DNA of 64,000 bases. It comes from Bacteriovorax sp. (GTDB lineage: Bacteria > Bdellovibrionota > Bacteriovoracia > Bacteriovoracales > Bacteriovoracaceae). The notes below the pieces were generated by a model that worked only from the letters and a program-made list of their open reading frames with translations, was not told the DNA's origin and searched no databases. This document shows, one piece after another, positions 37,756-46,612 of the stretch. The stretch is from assembly GCA_040376855.1 (NCBI GenBank), contig JBEIPV010000002.1, forward strand, positions 666 to 64,665. Direction: 5' to 3'. A program made the position numbers and the translations under genes. Each line of letters starts with the position of its first letter. Position 1 is the first letter of the stretch.

Positions 37756-38657
37756 GATTGAATCCATTCTGCAATGTCGTTAAACACGATGATATTATCT
37801 TTTTCATTATACAAGTCATGCTTAAGATTTGAATACTTCTTTTCTGACAATAGGTCTTTTTTAAGCCCTTTTGAGAATGAATCCATTCCTCTTGGAAGAA
37901 GGTACGGACTTTCACTTTGCAAAATCAGGGTCGGCCTGTCTAAAAAATAAGAATCCTGAAAAACGCTCTTCATTTTTAAATTGATGCACTTAAAAGTCTG
38001 AAAAGTTGGCTTCCTGACAATTAAAGGATCTTCCATATATAGACCCTGCTCTTTCGGATGAGTCAGCATTTCTTCGGGAAGATAAATTTCAAATGGCCTC
38101 GTGGTTTTCATCATGGACTCAAGTGAGACCACTTTATTCATCAGCTTATTTTGAATATTCATCACTGGAGAATTAAAGTTCAAAATAAAATTTGAAAGAA
38201 CTAATTTATCAATTTTATTTTTAAGATTCTCATCAAAGCGGTTCATTAAATCCAGCAAACTAAGAGCACCTAATCCTTGCCCTAAAGCAATCCATCTCTC
38301 ATCAGGCCCTTTATCGATCGACTTAAAAACAAAGGCCACATCGTTCACCAGGTGACTGAATTCTTCAATATGCCCTCTGGTACCTGAACTAAGTCCATGT
38401 CCCAAAAAATCCATCATAACAAAACTAACATCAGGATGATGAGACTTAAACCAATTGATTAATCCGTAAAAACGACCATGATAAGAGGCCAGGTCATGAA
38501 ATAAAAAAATGGTTAAAGGATTCTTTGATTTTTTATGTGCTTTTATCTTTTTTAAATAGATTTGCTGATTAGAAAACGAAGAAGTAAAGTGAGTGACCGA
38601 TGCCCCACCACTCAACTCCTTCCATTTTAATAATTCTTCATTTTTATTAGACTGCAT
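37752..38657 (-). CDS. Alpha/beta hydrolase fold protein (lysophospholipase-like), nucleophile absent
   Basis: DFLGHGLSSGTRGHI, Y.EDPLI, HDLYNE; GxSxG position reads GQGLG. Confidence 0.85.
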   Translation of the reverse strand: MQSNKNEELLKWKELSGGASVTHFTSSFSNQQIYLKKIKAHKKSKNPLTIFLFHDLASYHGRFYGLINWFKSHHPDVSFVMMDFLGHGLSSGTRGHIEEFSHLVNDVAFVFKSIDKGPDERWIALGQGLGALSLLDLMNRFDENLKNKIDKLVLSNFILNFNSPVMNIQNKLMNKVVSLESMMKTTRPFEIYLPEEMLTHPKEQGLYMEDPLIVRKPTFQTFKCINLKMKSVFQDSYFLDRPTLILQSESPYLLPRGMDSFSKGLKKDLLSEKKYSNLKHDLYNEKDNIIVFNDIAEWIQS

Positions 38658-39561
38658 GATTAAGCATTATCTTTTTTGCATCTGAATCCAGGTCTACAAA
38701 CTGGCACTCGATTGCTTGATCTTTTTTATTGTAACTTTGTACTTTCACCTGAACATTTTTAGCTTTAATTTCACTTCCTACATAGAGAGAAGCCTTTACT
38801 ATTTTATCCTGAAATTCTGAAAATGGTCCTGCCCCAAGTAGAACAGCTTCTTTAACTCCCGCTTTTTTCACAATCGTCACTAAGGGAAGTGGTGAAGAAT
38901 CAAAAACCATAATCAAAGGAATTTCAGATAACGAAATCCCTGACAATGAAATCCCAATGTATTCATCATTCACCGGAGTGTCCTGAAGTTTTGTCCAGCT
39001 GCTCATTCCTGCTGAATAAACTAACGTATGTAAGTTCACACGTTTTTCTGCCAGAGCTTCTTTAAGCTCTACCATTGAATAAGGCCCATAGATATCATCA
39101 GCTGAATGTCTGCGGTCTTTCCCGATTTTAACAAAAAATAATTCTTCATTTGGATTTACAGTGCTCCAGTCAAAAGAAAACTTAACTTCAGGAGATCCTT
39201 TTTCTTCTGCTCTAAACTGTGCAAGATTAATTTCACGAGTAATTTCTTTCGGCTCTGCTTTAGGTGTTTCCTTTTTTACAGGAGCTTTAAGTTCAAACTT
39301 ATCTTCAACAATATTTTCTAAGATTGTTTCTACTTTCTTTTGAATAGGCAATGGAGCTGATTCAATAACAGCAGCACTCTCTTCAATTGGATTATCAAAT
39401 TTTAATTCCGCAACATCTCTCAGTCGCTCCCAATTAACGAAACCCTTTTTCCAGACATATGTATCAGTTGTAATTTCACCATTCGTAAACAGAACTTGTA
39501 AGGCAGCAACACTTACGGGGCCTACACGCTCACTACCTACAACGTAATACCAGTTAACCAT
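38647..39561 (-). CDS. Two GYF_2 (DUF4339) domains plus degenerate PilZ-like C-terminus
   Basis: WYYVVGSERVGPVS...TYVWKKGFVNW and IYGPYS...LVYSAGMSSW; C-terminal IECQFVDLDSDAKKI. Confidence 0.8.
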   Translation of the reverse strand: MVNWYYVVGSERVGPVSVAALQVLFTNGEITTDTYVWKKGFVNWERLRDVAELKFDNPIEESAAVIESAPLPIQKKVETILENIVEDKFELKAPVKKETPKAEPKEITREINLAQFRAEEKGSPEVKFSFDWSTVNPNEELFFVKIGKDRRHSADDIYGPYSMVELKEALAEKRVNLHTLVYSAGMSSWTKLQDTPVNDEYIGISLSGISLSEIPLIMVFDSSPLPLVTIVKKAGVKEAVLLGAGPFSEFQDKIVKASLYVGSEIKAKNVQVKVQSYNKKDQAIECQFVDLDSDAKKIMLNHAV

Positions 39562-39676
39562 CGAGTCCCCCATGTTTTCATCCTTATATACAATTTCTTT
39601 TTCTATTTTAACGCTTGGAAATCACAAAGAAAGGGTTGAACATTTTTCCCCTGCAGGACTAATTTCCTCAACTATC

Positions 39677-39703
39677 TCAAGAAATTCTACAAATGGCCGA
39701 TAA
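39677..39703 (+). promoter_or_regulatory. Sigma28 (FliA) promoter
   Basis: TCAA-N15-GCCGATAA with a consensus -10 element. Confidence 0.8.
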
Positions 39704-39757
39704 GCCTTAGGTAGACTTATGAGCTTAAGACTTGATTTCAATGGATATAGGTAAATT

Positions 39758-41254
39758 ATGAAGTTATTTATTAAACGAACTCTTTTTTTAGCGACTTCTC
39801 TAGTCGTTCTTTCGTCATGTGCGAAGGAAGAATTTTCCGCTAAAAAAGCGAAACAAGAAACAAGTAACTCAGAAGCACTAGAATATTCGGCCACACTTTG
39901 TGCTCAATCAACACTTATCAGACCTAAAGTTGATATTCTTATGTTGTGGGATAACTCTTCAAGTTTCAACTTCGTAACACCTGCCACGAAAGCGGCGATG
40001 TCAAACTTGATTACCAGTGTTTCGGAAAAATTCGATTATCACATTTTATCTGCTCCTCTGGTTCCGGCCGGAGCAAGCTCAACATCAGGCTCTTTATATG
40101 AAGCTCAACTGGTTGTTAAAGATAATGTAGGACTTTCAGGAAATGCTCTTCCAATCGTTAGAACGAAAGAAAGTGCAGTCGCAAGTCTGGCGTTTTCACC
40201 AGGGCCGGGTTCAACTGAGGCCGGTGTAAGTAGAACAATCGCAATGCTTAGAGATAACAGGGCCAATGGGATTTTTAGAAATGGTGCTTATACAATCATC
40301 GTAGTTATTTCAAACGAAGATGAGAAGATGTGTACAAATTGTAACAGCCAGACAGCTGACAATAATTACATCAATCCTAAAATCGCTGAGCTTTTATCAA
40401 TTCGTGGACACGTTAACCAACCAAATGATGGATTGCTAAACTCTGCTATGATGAGATTCATTAATATTTCACGATTAACTTCGTGTTCAAATATTGGTGG
40501 ATCAGTTAACTACATGTACAGAAAAACGGCCAAAGATATCTACAATGCAACTTATGCAAATGGATGGCCTCAAGCTAATGATCACTTAAGTCCGGCCCTT
40601 CCAGGTTACCCGGATAGTTACAACCTTTGTAACATTAATTTCTCAAACATCTTTGACGGAGTTAACACGGCCATTAAAGAAACATTAATCAAGCACAAGT
40701 ATGACCACTGGCCACTGGCGGGCGCAGCTCAAGCTGTCGATCCAGATTCAGTAAGAGTTTACCAATCAGGAACTGTAGAACTACTTAACAGAAAATTTAA
40801 CAATACAAATGATGGTTTCGAAGTTCTAGTTGACGGAAATGATAACGCTCAAAACTTTATTGGAAAAAACACTCGCTACTACCCAACAGCAGGTGAACCT
40901 TTTGATGGTAAATTAATCAAACTCTACAACAACGACAGAGTGACTTTCCCTGATTGTTTAATCGTGAAATACACTGAACCAAAAGCAACTTTTGGGTACA
41001 TCTATCTTCAGTACGGTAAGCCGAATCTTGCAACAATGCAGGTAAAGATCGACGGTGTGGATGTTCCACAAAGCTCGACTGATGGTTGGGATTATATGGG
41101 ACTTCAGTATGTAAATGCACTAGACCCGGATCTTAAAATCGCCAATATGAGCCCGACACTGTCTTCAGGGTATTTTTTAAGACTGAATGGATCTTTTATG
41201 AAAAGAAACAATGTAAAACACACATTCACTGTCTATTACACATCATCTAACTAA
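39758..41254 (+). CDS. Lipoprotein with vWA/MIDAS-like domain
   Basis: Lipobox LSSC; KVDILMLWDNSSS (DxSxS), IIVVISNEDE, several Cys. Confidence 0.82.
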   Translation: MKLFIKRTLFLATSLVVLSSCAKEEFSAKKAKQETSNSEALEYSATLCAQSTLIRPKVDILMLWDNSSSFNFVTPATKAAMSNLITSVSEKFDYHILSAPLVPAGASSTSGSLYEAQLVVKDNVGLSGNALPIVRTKESAVASLAFSPGPGSTEAGVSRTIAMLRDNRANGIFRNGAYTIIVVISNEDEKMCTNCNSQTADNNYINPKIAELLSIRGHVNQPNDGLLNSAMMRFINISRLTSCSNIGGSVNYMYRKTAKDIYNATYANGWPQANDHLSPALPGYPDSYNLCNINFSNIFDGVNTAIKETLIKHKYDHWPLAGAAQAVDPDSVRVYQSGTVELLNRKFNNTNDGFEVLVDGNDNAQNFIGKNTRYYPTAGEPFDGKLIKLYNNDRVTFPDCLIVKYTEPKATFGYIYLQYGKPNLATMQVKIDGVDVPQSSTDGWDYMGLQYVNALDPDLKIANMSPTLSSGYFLRLNGSFMKRNNVKHTFTVYYTSSN

Positions 41255-41256
41255 TT

Positions 41257-42297
41257 TTAAGCTTTCGCCTTCAACTCGTTCACGCGGTTGAGGGCGTTCA
41301 TAAAACGAACTACCGGATACATCTGCCTCATCTTATCAATGTTGATCATCGTCGATATAGAGTTGTTCTCCCCCATACGATACTCTCCACACCACTTGGC
41401 ATTTTTGGCACCTTGAAAATCATCCAGAGTGATCCCCATGTTGTATTCTTTGAAGTAGCTCACGATTTTTGTCAGTTCGATATCGACTTGCCCATCGATC
41501 ACCGGAAGAGATGCACACTCTTCCATAACCTTGATGATGAACTTTTCACATTTAGGTGAGATGATAAGTTTTTTATCTTCACGCAGTCCACGTTGAGTAT
41601 TGAAAAAGACCTGGAAGATCCTGAAAGTTTCAGGCTCTCTGGTATTCAGGATTTTTGTTCCATCAGCTTCATTCACTGTCACTTCAACGATCTTCTCATC
41701 TACTAGTAACTGAATAAACTCTTCCATCTTCGCTTCATTGATATTGAAAATATCCAAAGCATAAGTTTTGATCTGGTTGTAATTGATGTAGCGTCTTCCG
41801 TCTTTGTTTTCACCAAGACTTTTGAAAGTTAAGAAAAGCACTGAAAGAATTTTTACAACGTCTGCGGCCTGAAAGAATTTATAATCAGAAGAAAATCCCA
41901 CTGAATTATTTTCAAGTGCTCTGACTCTGTCGTTAGTAGTACGTAGTCGTTCTGCCAGAGTTCTCACCACAGTTTGAAACCATGGTGATAAACCTGTCAT
42001 TGTTTTATCTAAAATTGCGAATGAGACTTCGATGATTTCTACCGGCGTAATCGCAGCGGCAGAAACACTTCTCGTTTTTGATTCAGGATCGAAGTAGGCC
42101 ATCTCACCTAAAACTTCTCCAGCGCGAAGGACAGCGATTTCAACAAATCCTTTTCCTTTCGGAAGGAATAATCGAAGCTGCCCTTTTTGTACAATGTACA
42201 TCGAGTTGGCACTGTCGCCTTGGTTAAAAAGAATTTCCCCCGGAGCTAATGATCTGGGTCCTGATTTTTTTACTGGCGCTGCTGAACTTGCTGTCAT
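41257..42297 (-). CDS. Cyclic-nucleotide-binding domain protein
   Basis: LFNQGD..MYIVQKG, GEVLGEMAYF..RSVSA, C-helix LAERLRTTN. Confidence 0.9.
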   Translation of the reverse strand: MTASSAAPVKKSGPRSLAPGEILFNQGDSANSMYIVQKGQLRLFLPKGKGFVEIAVLRAGEVLGEMAYFDPESKTRSVSAAAITPVEIIEVSFAILDKTMTGLSPWFQTVVRTLAERLRTTNDRVRALENNSVGFSSDYKFFQAADVVKILSVLFLTFKSLGENKDGRRYINYNQIKTYALDIFNINEAKMEEFIQLLVDEKIVEVTVNEADGTKILNTREPETFRIFQVFFNTQRGLREDKKLIISPKCEKFIIKVMEECASLPVIDGQVDIELTKIVSYFKEYNMGITLDDFQGAKNAKWCGEYRMGENNSISTMINIDKMRQMYPVVRFMNALNRVNELKAKA

Positions 42298-42328
42298 CTC
42301 AATCCTTGAGGATGGTTTTTATTTTGTA

Positions 42329-43486
42329 CTAAAGTCTTTCTAGTACAAGAGCTAGTGCTTCTCCACCACCAATACAAATCGCGGCCATACCGTATTTTGC
42401 TTTTTTGTTTTCCATTGCGGTCATCAAAGTCACAACAATTCTAGTACCCGAGCATCCGATTGGGTGGCCTAAGCTCACTCCACCACCGTAAATATTTACT
42501 TTACTGTGATCTAATTTTAACTCTTTCATGGCCGCTAGTGCAACCACTGCAAAAGCTTCATTCACTTCGAACAAATCAATTTGATCAACTTTAAGATTAG
42601 CTTTAGCAAGGGCCTTGTTAGCAGCTTCAATTGGAGCTGTTGAAAACCATGTTGGGTTCTGAGCGTGGCTTGCGTATGAAACGATTTTAAATTTTGCTTG
42701 AGACTTATACTCTTCTCCACCAAGAACAACTGCTGCTGCTCCATCGTTGATTGTCGAAGCGTTCGCTGCTGTGATTGTCCCATTTTTATCGAAAGCAGGT
42801 TTTAATGCCGGCATTTTTTCGAAGTTAGCTTTTCCCGGACCTTCATCAGTTGAAACAACAGTGTCCCCTTTTGGACCTTTAATTGTGACTGCTGCGATTT
42901 CAGAGTTAAAGATTCCATCTTTTTGAGCGGCCTGAGCACGCTTAAAAGACTCAACTGAATAAGCGTCTTGCTCTTCACGGTTAGAATATTTTGCCGCTGC
43001 TTCTTCAGCACAGTTCCCCATCGGACGGTTTGAATACACATCCCATAGACCATCCCATTGCATAGAATCTTTCATTGCTCCGTCACCAAACTTAATTCCA
43101 TTTCTAGAATTCATCAGTAAGTGAGGGGCCATCGACATATTTTCCATCCCACCGGCAACAACAACTTTGTTATCTCCAGCAAGGATTGATTGAGCACCCA
43201 TGATGATTGTTTTTAATCCTGAACCACAAACCTTGTTCACAGTTGAACATGGAACAGATTCTGGAAGACCAGCAAATAGAGCTGCCTGACGAGCTGGAGC
43301 TTGTCCAACACCCGCAGTGACTACGTTCCCCATGAAAACTTCATCTACTTTATTAAAATCCATTTCAGCTTTTTTAAGAGCAGCTTCGATCGCCACAGCA
43401 CCAAGTTTCGGCGCTGATACCGTGCTAAGAGATCCCATAAAACTTCCGTTTGGTGTACGTGCTCCAGATAAAATATAAACGCTCAT
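42329..43486 (-). CDS. Acetyl-CoA C-acetyltransferase (thiolase)
   Basis: NKVCGSG, NEAFA, GHPIGCSG, CIGGG. Confidence 0.96.
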   Translation of the reverse strand: MSVYILSGARTPNGSFMGSLSTVSAPKLGAVAIEAALKKAEMDFNKVDEVFMGNVVTAGVGQAPARQAALFAGLPESVPCSTVNKVCGSGLKTIIMGAQSILAGDNKVVVAGGMENMSMAPHLLMNSRNGIKFGDGAMKDSMQWDGLWDVYSNRPMGNCAEEAAAKYSNREEQDAYSVESFKRAQAAQKDGIFNSEIAAVTIKGPKGDTVVSTDEGPGKANFEKMPALKPAFDKNGTITAANASTINDGAAAVVLGGEEYKSQAKFKIVSYASHAQNPTWFSTAPIEAANKALAKANLKVDQIDLFEVNEAFAVVALAAMKELKLDHSKVNIYGGGVSLGHPIGCSGTRIVVTLMTAMENKKAKYGMAAICIGGGEALALVLERL

Positions 43487-43621
43487 AAATAATCTCCCGT
43501 CTTAATTGCTTAATATTTCAAAAATTTCCCTTCATTAAACCATAAACCCCGCTTGTTGGAAACATTGCAAAGCTCCCTATTTTAGGGTACAAAACAGTCT
43601 CTTTTTCATTGGAGATCACCT

Positions 43622-44080
43622 ATGTTTTCACGCTTAGACCACGAATCAAAGGCCGTCATTTTCCCTAAAGATTGGGCAGAAGGGCTAAAACAAATTCTTC
43701 TTAATATTTATGGCGAACAGGCCATTAAAAGCGAAAAAACTTTCGAAGTTTTCGGTTTTTCTTACCCAAGCGAAGCGCTTTTAATCATTTCATACGTTGG
43801 ACTGGATAAGTTTGAAACTCCTGTCACATTGTTTTTATCAAGTGACTTAAATGACAAGATGGCCGCTGATAAAATTATAGAGACTATGTTTGATAGTGCC
43901 GGAGTCTTCTTTGATTCATATTTTGCAACTGAAGAAACAGAAGATGAAATCTGGGATGACTACGTTTTAGACTGGCAAGATGCTGAGTTTGGAAGTGATA
44001 AAATTTTCTACAAAGTGACGAGAGAAAATGTAGGTCTAACAATGGCAGCAGATGCACTTTTAGGTGAAATTGCTGAATAG
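43622..44080 (+). CDS. Acidic hypothetical protein
   Basis: 152-aa ORF with GGAG RBS followed by a terminator. Confidence 0.8.
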   Translation: MFSRLDHESKAVIFPKDWAEGLKQILLNIYGEQAIKSEKTFEVFGFSYPSEALLIISYVGLDKFETPVTLFLSSDLNDKMAADKIIETMFDSAGVFFDSYFATEETEDEIWDDYVLDWQDAEFGSDKIFYKVTRENVGLTMAADALLGEIAE

Positions 44081-44102
44081 TAGAAATTAATACAAAATGA
44101 CT

Positions 44103-44134
44103 AAAAAAAAAGGCTCCCATAAGGAGCCTTTTTT
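44103..44134. terminator. Bidirectional Rho-independent terminator
   Basis: A9-GGCTCC-CATAA-GGAGCC-T6 between convergent genes. Confidence 0.88.
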
Positions 44135-44159
44135 ATTTGTACTTACTGTGAAGGATCTA

Positions 44160-45416
44160 TTAATCGTCAAACGAAGGCTTAACAACCTTAGTTTCAAACG
44201 CAATATCCTGATCATCATCAAGAACTTCATCATCATCAAATCCGTCAATTTCCGTCTCATCAGTCTCGATATCAAGATCTTTAAGAACGTGGTTGAAAGC
44301 TTTATCGTCAGCTAAATCCTGAATGATTGTTTCGATATACTTCATTGGGTATTTCCCAACTAATTCTTCGATAATTTTAGCAAGGCGCCCTTCTGAAAGA
44401 ATAAGTTCTTTCTTCTTCACGTCTTTCCAAAGTTTGATGTAGTGGTAACGGCAGTAACCGTTCGTCGTAGACGGGTTATCACAACCACGAACCACGCACT
44501 CATCGCTTTCAACTTTAAACATTTCCATGCTTCTGATTGATGCGAATACATCTTCAATTGTGAAGTCTTCAGAAAGTGCCAGAATTTCTTCTGCCAGGTT
44601 TTCCTTAATATCGTCATCAATTGCCGACTTACTTTTCTTTCTAACAGGAATGATTTCTTCTTCGATATCCTCATCAAAAGTCATTTTAACTTTTTTCGGA
44701 GCAGCGTCTTTTTCGAAATCATCATCTTCATCGTCTTCTTCAACACGTCTCTTAATCGGAGTACCGTCTTCGTCCAACTCTTCTTCCTCTTCAAAGCTTG
44801 CGCCTTTTTTGCCTTTTGCTTTTAGAAGTTCTTTTTCTTCTTTCTTAGAAAGTTTTTTAGGAGCTTTAGCTGCTTCTTTCGCTGCTAATTTATCAGCTTT
44901 TGCCTGAGCTTTTTCAGCTTCTTTAGCAGCAGCTTTTGCTAGCTTTTCTTTTTCTTTGTTCGCTTTTTCAAGCTTCTTTAAATCAACTTTAGGCGCGGGA
45001 GCTGGAGCTGCTTTTTTTGCAACGGCTACTTGCTTGCTCGCTTTTTCAGCTGCTTTGTTTTTTGAATTAGCAATTTTCTCCTGGATTTTCTTTTGTAATC
45101 CAGCTTGAGACTTGTTTTTTACTTCTGGTTTTTTAGCTACAACTTTTGCTGCTTTCGCTACTGGTTTTGCAGCAGGCTTAGCAGCTTTTGCTACTGGCTT
45201 TGCTACAACTTTAGTTGCTTTAGCTACTGGCTTTGCGGCCGGCTTAGCTGCCTTTGCTGCTGGTTTAGCAGGAGCGGCCTTTTTTGCTGGAGCTTTTGCC
45301 ACAGGCTTTTTAGCGGGAGCTGCTGCTTTTTTTGGTGCAGGTTTAGCTGGCGCTTTTTTAGCGGCCGGTTTAACAGGCTTTTTCATTCCAAGATTCTCCA
45401 ATATTTTTTTTATCAA
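44160..45416 (-). CDS. Histone H1-like K/A/P repeats + acidic region + CCCH zinc-finger protein
   Basis: KPAAK/KPVAK repeats, D/E tracts, CVVRGCDNPSTTNGYCRYH. Confidence 0.85.
   Translation of the reverse strand: MIKKILENLGMKKPVKPAAKKAPAKPAPKKAAAPAKKPVAKAPAKKAAPAKPAAKAAKPAAKPVAKATKVVAKPVAKAAKPAAKPVAKAAKVVAKKPEVKNKSQAGLQKKIQEKIANSKNKAAEKASKQVAVAKKAAPAPAPKVDLKKLEKANKEKEKLAKAAAKEAEKAQAKADKLAAKEAAKAPKKLSKKEEKELLKAKGKKGASFEEEEELDEDGTPIKRRVEEDDEDDDFEKDAAPKKVKMTFDEDIEEEIIPVRKKSKSAIDDDIKENLAEEILALSEDFTIEDVFASIRSMEMFKVESDECVVRGCDNPSTTNGYCRYHYIKLWKDVKKKELILSEGRLAKIIEELVGKYPMKYIETIIQDLADDKAFNHVLKDLDIETDETEIDGFDDDEVLDDDQDIAFETKVVKPSFDD
45135..45266 (-). repeat. Four in-frame 33-bp tandem repeats (A-B-A-B) within the H1-like gene
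   Basis: KPAAKAAKPAA / KPVAKATKVVA / KPVAKAAKPAA / KPVAKAAKVVA. Confidence 0.85.
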
Positions 45417-45443
45417 TTATATAACCTTTAAATTCTTCTAAAA

Positions 45444-46586
45444 TTACATGCCTTTTAATTCATTAGCAGCAATAACGATTCGCTGAATTTCCGAAGTCCC
45501 TTCGTAAATTTCAGTAATCTTTGCATCTCTAAAGTGACGCTCAACCGGATACTCTTTCGTGTACCCATTTCCACCTAAAACCTGAATCGCTTTAGTTGTA
45601 ATTTTCATACAAGCTTCTGAAGCAAATAATTTTGCCTGAGCTGCTTCTTTTGAATATGGAAGATTGTTATCTTTTAAATAACTAGCGTGCATGATCAGTA
45701 ATCTTGAAGCTGCAATTTCTGTCGACATATCAGCTAACATAAACTGAATAGCTTGAAGTTCAGAAATTGGTTTTCCAAATTGGATACGCTCTTTCGAGTA
45801 TTTCTTAGCATATCTAAAAGCTGCTTCTGCAATCCCTAGGGCCTGAGCCGCGATTCCAATACGTCCACCATCAAGAGTTGATAGAGCTACAGTGAACCCT
45901 TTTCCAATTTCACCGATGATGTTTGCTTTTGGAACTTTTACTTTATTAAGCCAGATTTGAGCTGTTGTTGATCCTTTGATCCCCAACTTATCTTCTAGTT
46001 TTTGAACGTGGAATCCTTCAGTCGTTGTATCAACGATGAAAGCCGTCATCCCTTTATGGTCAGTTGTTTTTGTCGTTTTTGCCATAACAATAGCAATCCC
46101 GGCATCTTTACCGTTAGTGATGAAGTTTTTTGTTCCCGTTAGTTCGTAGTAGTCCCCTTTATCTTCAGCGAATGTCGCCAGAGTTCCAGGATCTGAACCA
46201 GCGTTTGGTTCTGATAAACAGAAGCATCCAATAACTCCACCAGAAGCTAGGCCTGGAAGGAATTTTTGTTTTTGCTCAGTTGTTCCAAATTTTAAAATAG
46301 GCCACATACAAAGTGATGTATGCGCAGAAATCAGAACTCCACTTGAAGCACATCCACGAGAGATTTCTTCAACAATGATAGCGTAAGACGTGTAGTCCAT
46401 CCCCGCTCCACCGAATTCTTCAGGAATATACGATCCCATAAACCCATTTTCATAAAGTTTATTGATTAAATCTTTTGGGATTTCTCCGTCGTGATCAATT
46501 TTCGCGGCCAATGGGGCCACTTCAGAATCAGAAAATTTCGACACCAGGTCTCTAATTTCTTTATACTGCGGATCGTACATACTCAT
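45444..46586 (-). CDS. Acyl-CoA (butyryl-CoA-type) dehydrogenase
   Basis: FCLSEPNAGSD, LDGGRIGIAAQALGIA, EIYEGTSEIQR. Confidence 0.94.
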   Translation of the reverse strand: MSMYDPQYKEIRDLVSKFSDSEVAPLAAKIDHDGEIPKDLINKLYENGFMGSYIPEEFGGAGMDYTSYAIIVEEISRGCASSGVLISAHTSLCMWPILKFGTTEQKQKFLPGLASGGVIGCFCLSEPNAGSDPGTLATFAEDKGDYYELTGTKNFITNGKDAGIAIVMAKTTKTTDHKGMTAFIVDTTTEGFHVQKLEDKLGIKGSTTAQIWLNKVKVPKANIIGEIGKGFTVALSTLDGGRIGIAAQALGIAEAAFRYAKKYSKERIQFGKPISELQAIQFMLADMSTEIAASRLLIMHASYLKDNNLPYSKEAAQAKLFASEACMKITTKAIQVLGGNGYTKEYPVERHFRDAKITEIYEGTSEIQRIVIAANELKGM

Positions 46587-46612
46587 TTCTTTTTCCTTTT
46601 TTACGAAAAATA

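Noticed and set aside
45135-45266. 33-bp periodic repeats as a possible CRISPR array
   Set aside because: In-frame coding tandem repeats with no unique spacers and no cas genes.
45105-45441. Plus-strand ORFs with FAAGLAAFA / Cys-Trp-rich repeats
   Set aside because: Antisense shadows of the K/A/P repeats in the H1-like gene; no RBS or independent evidence.
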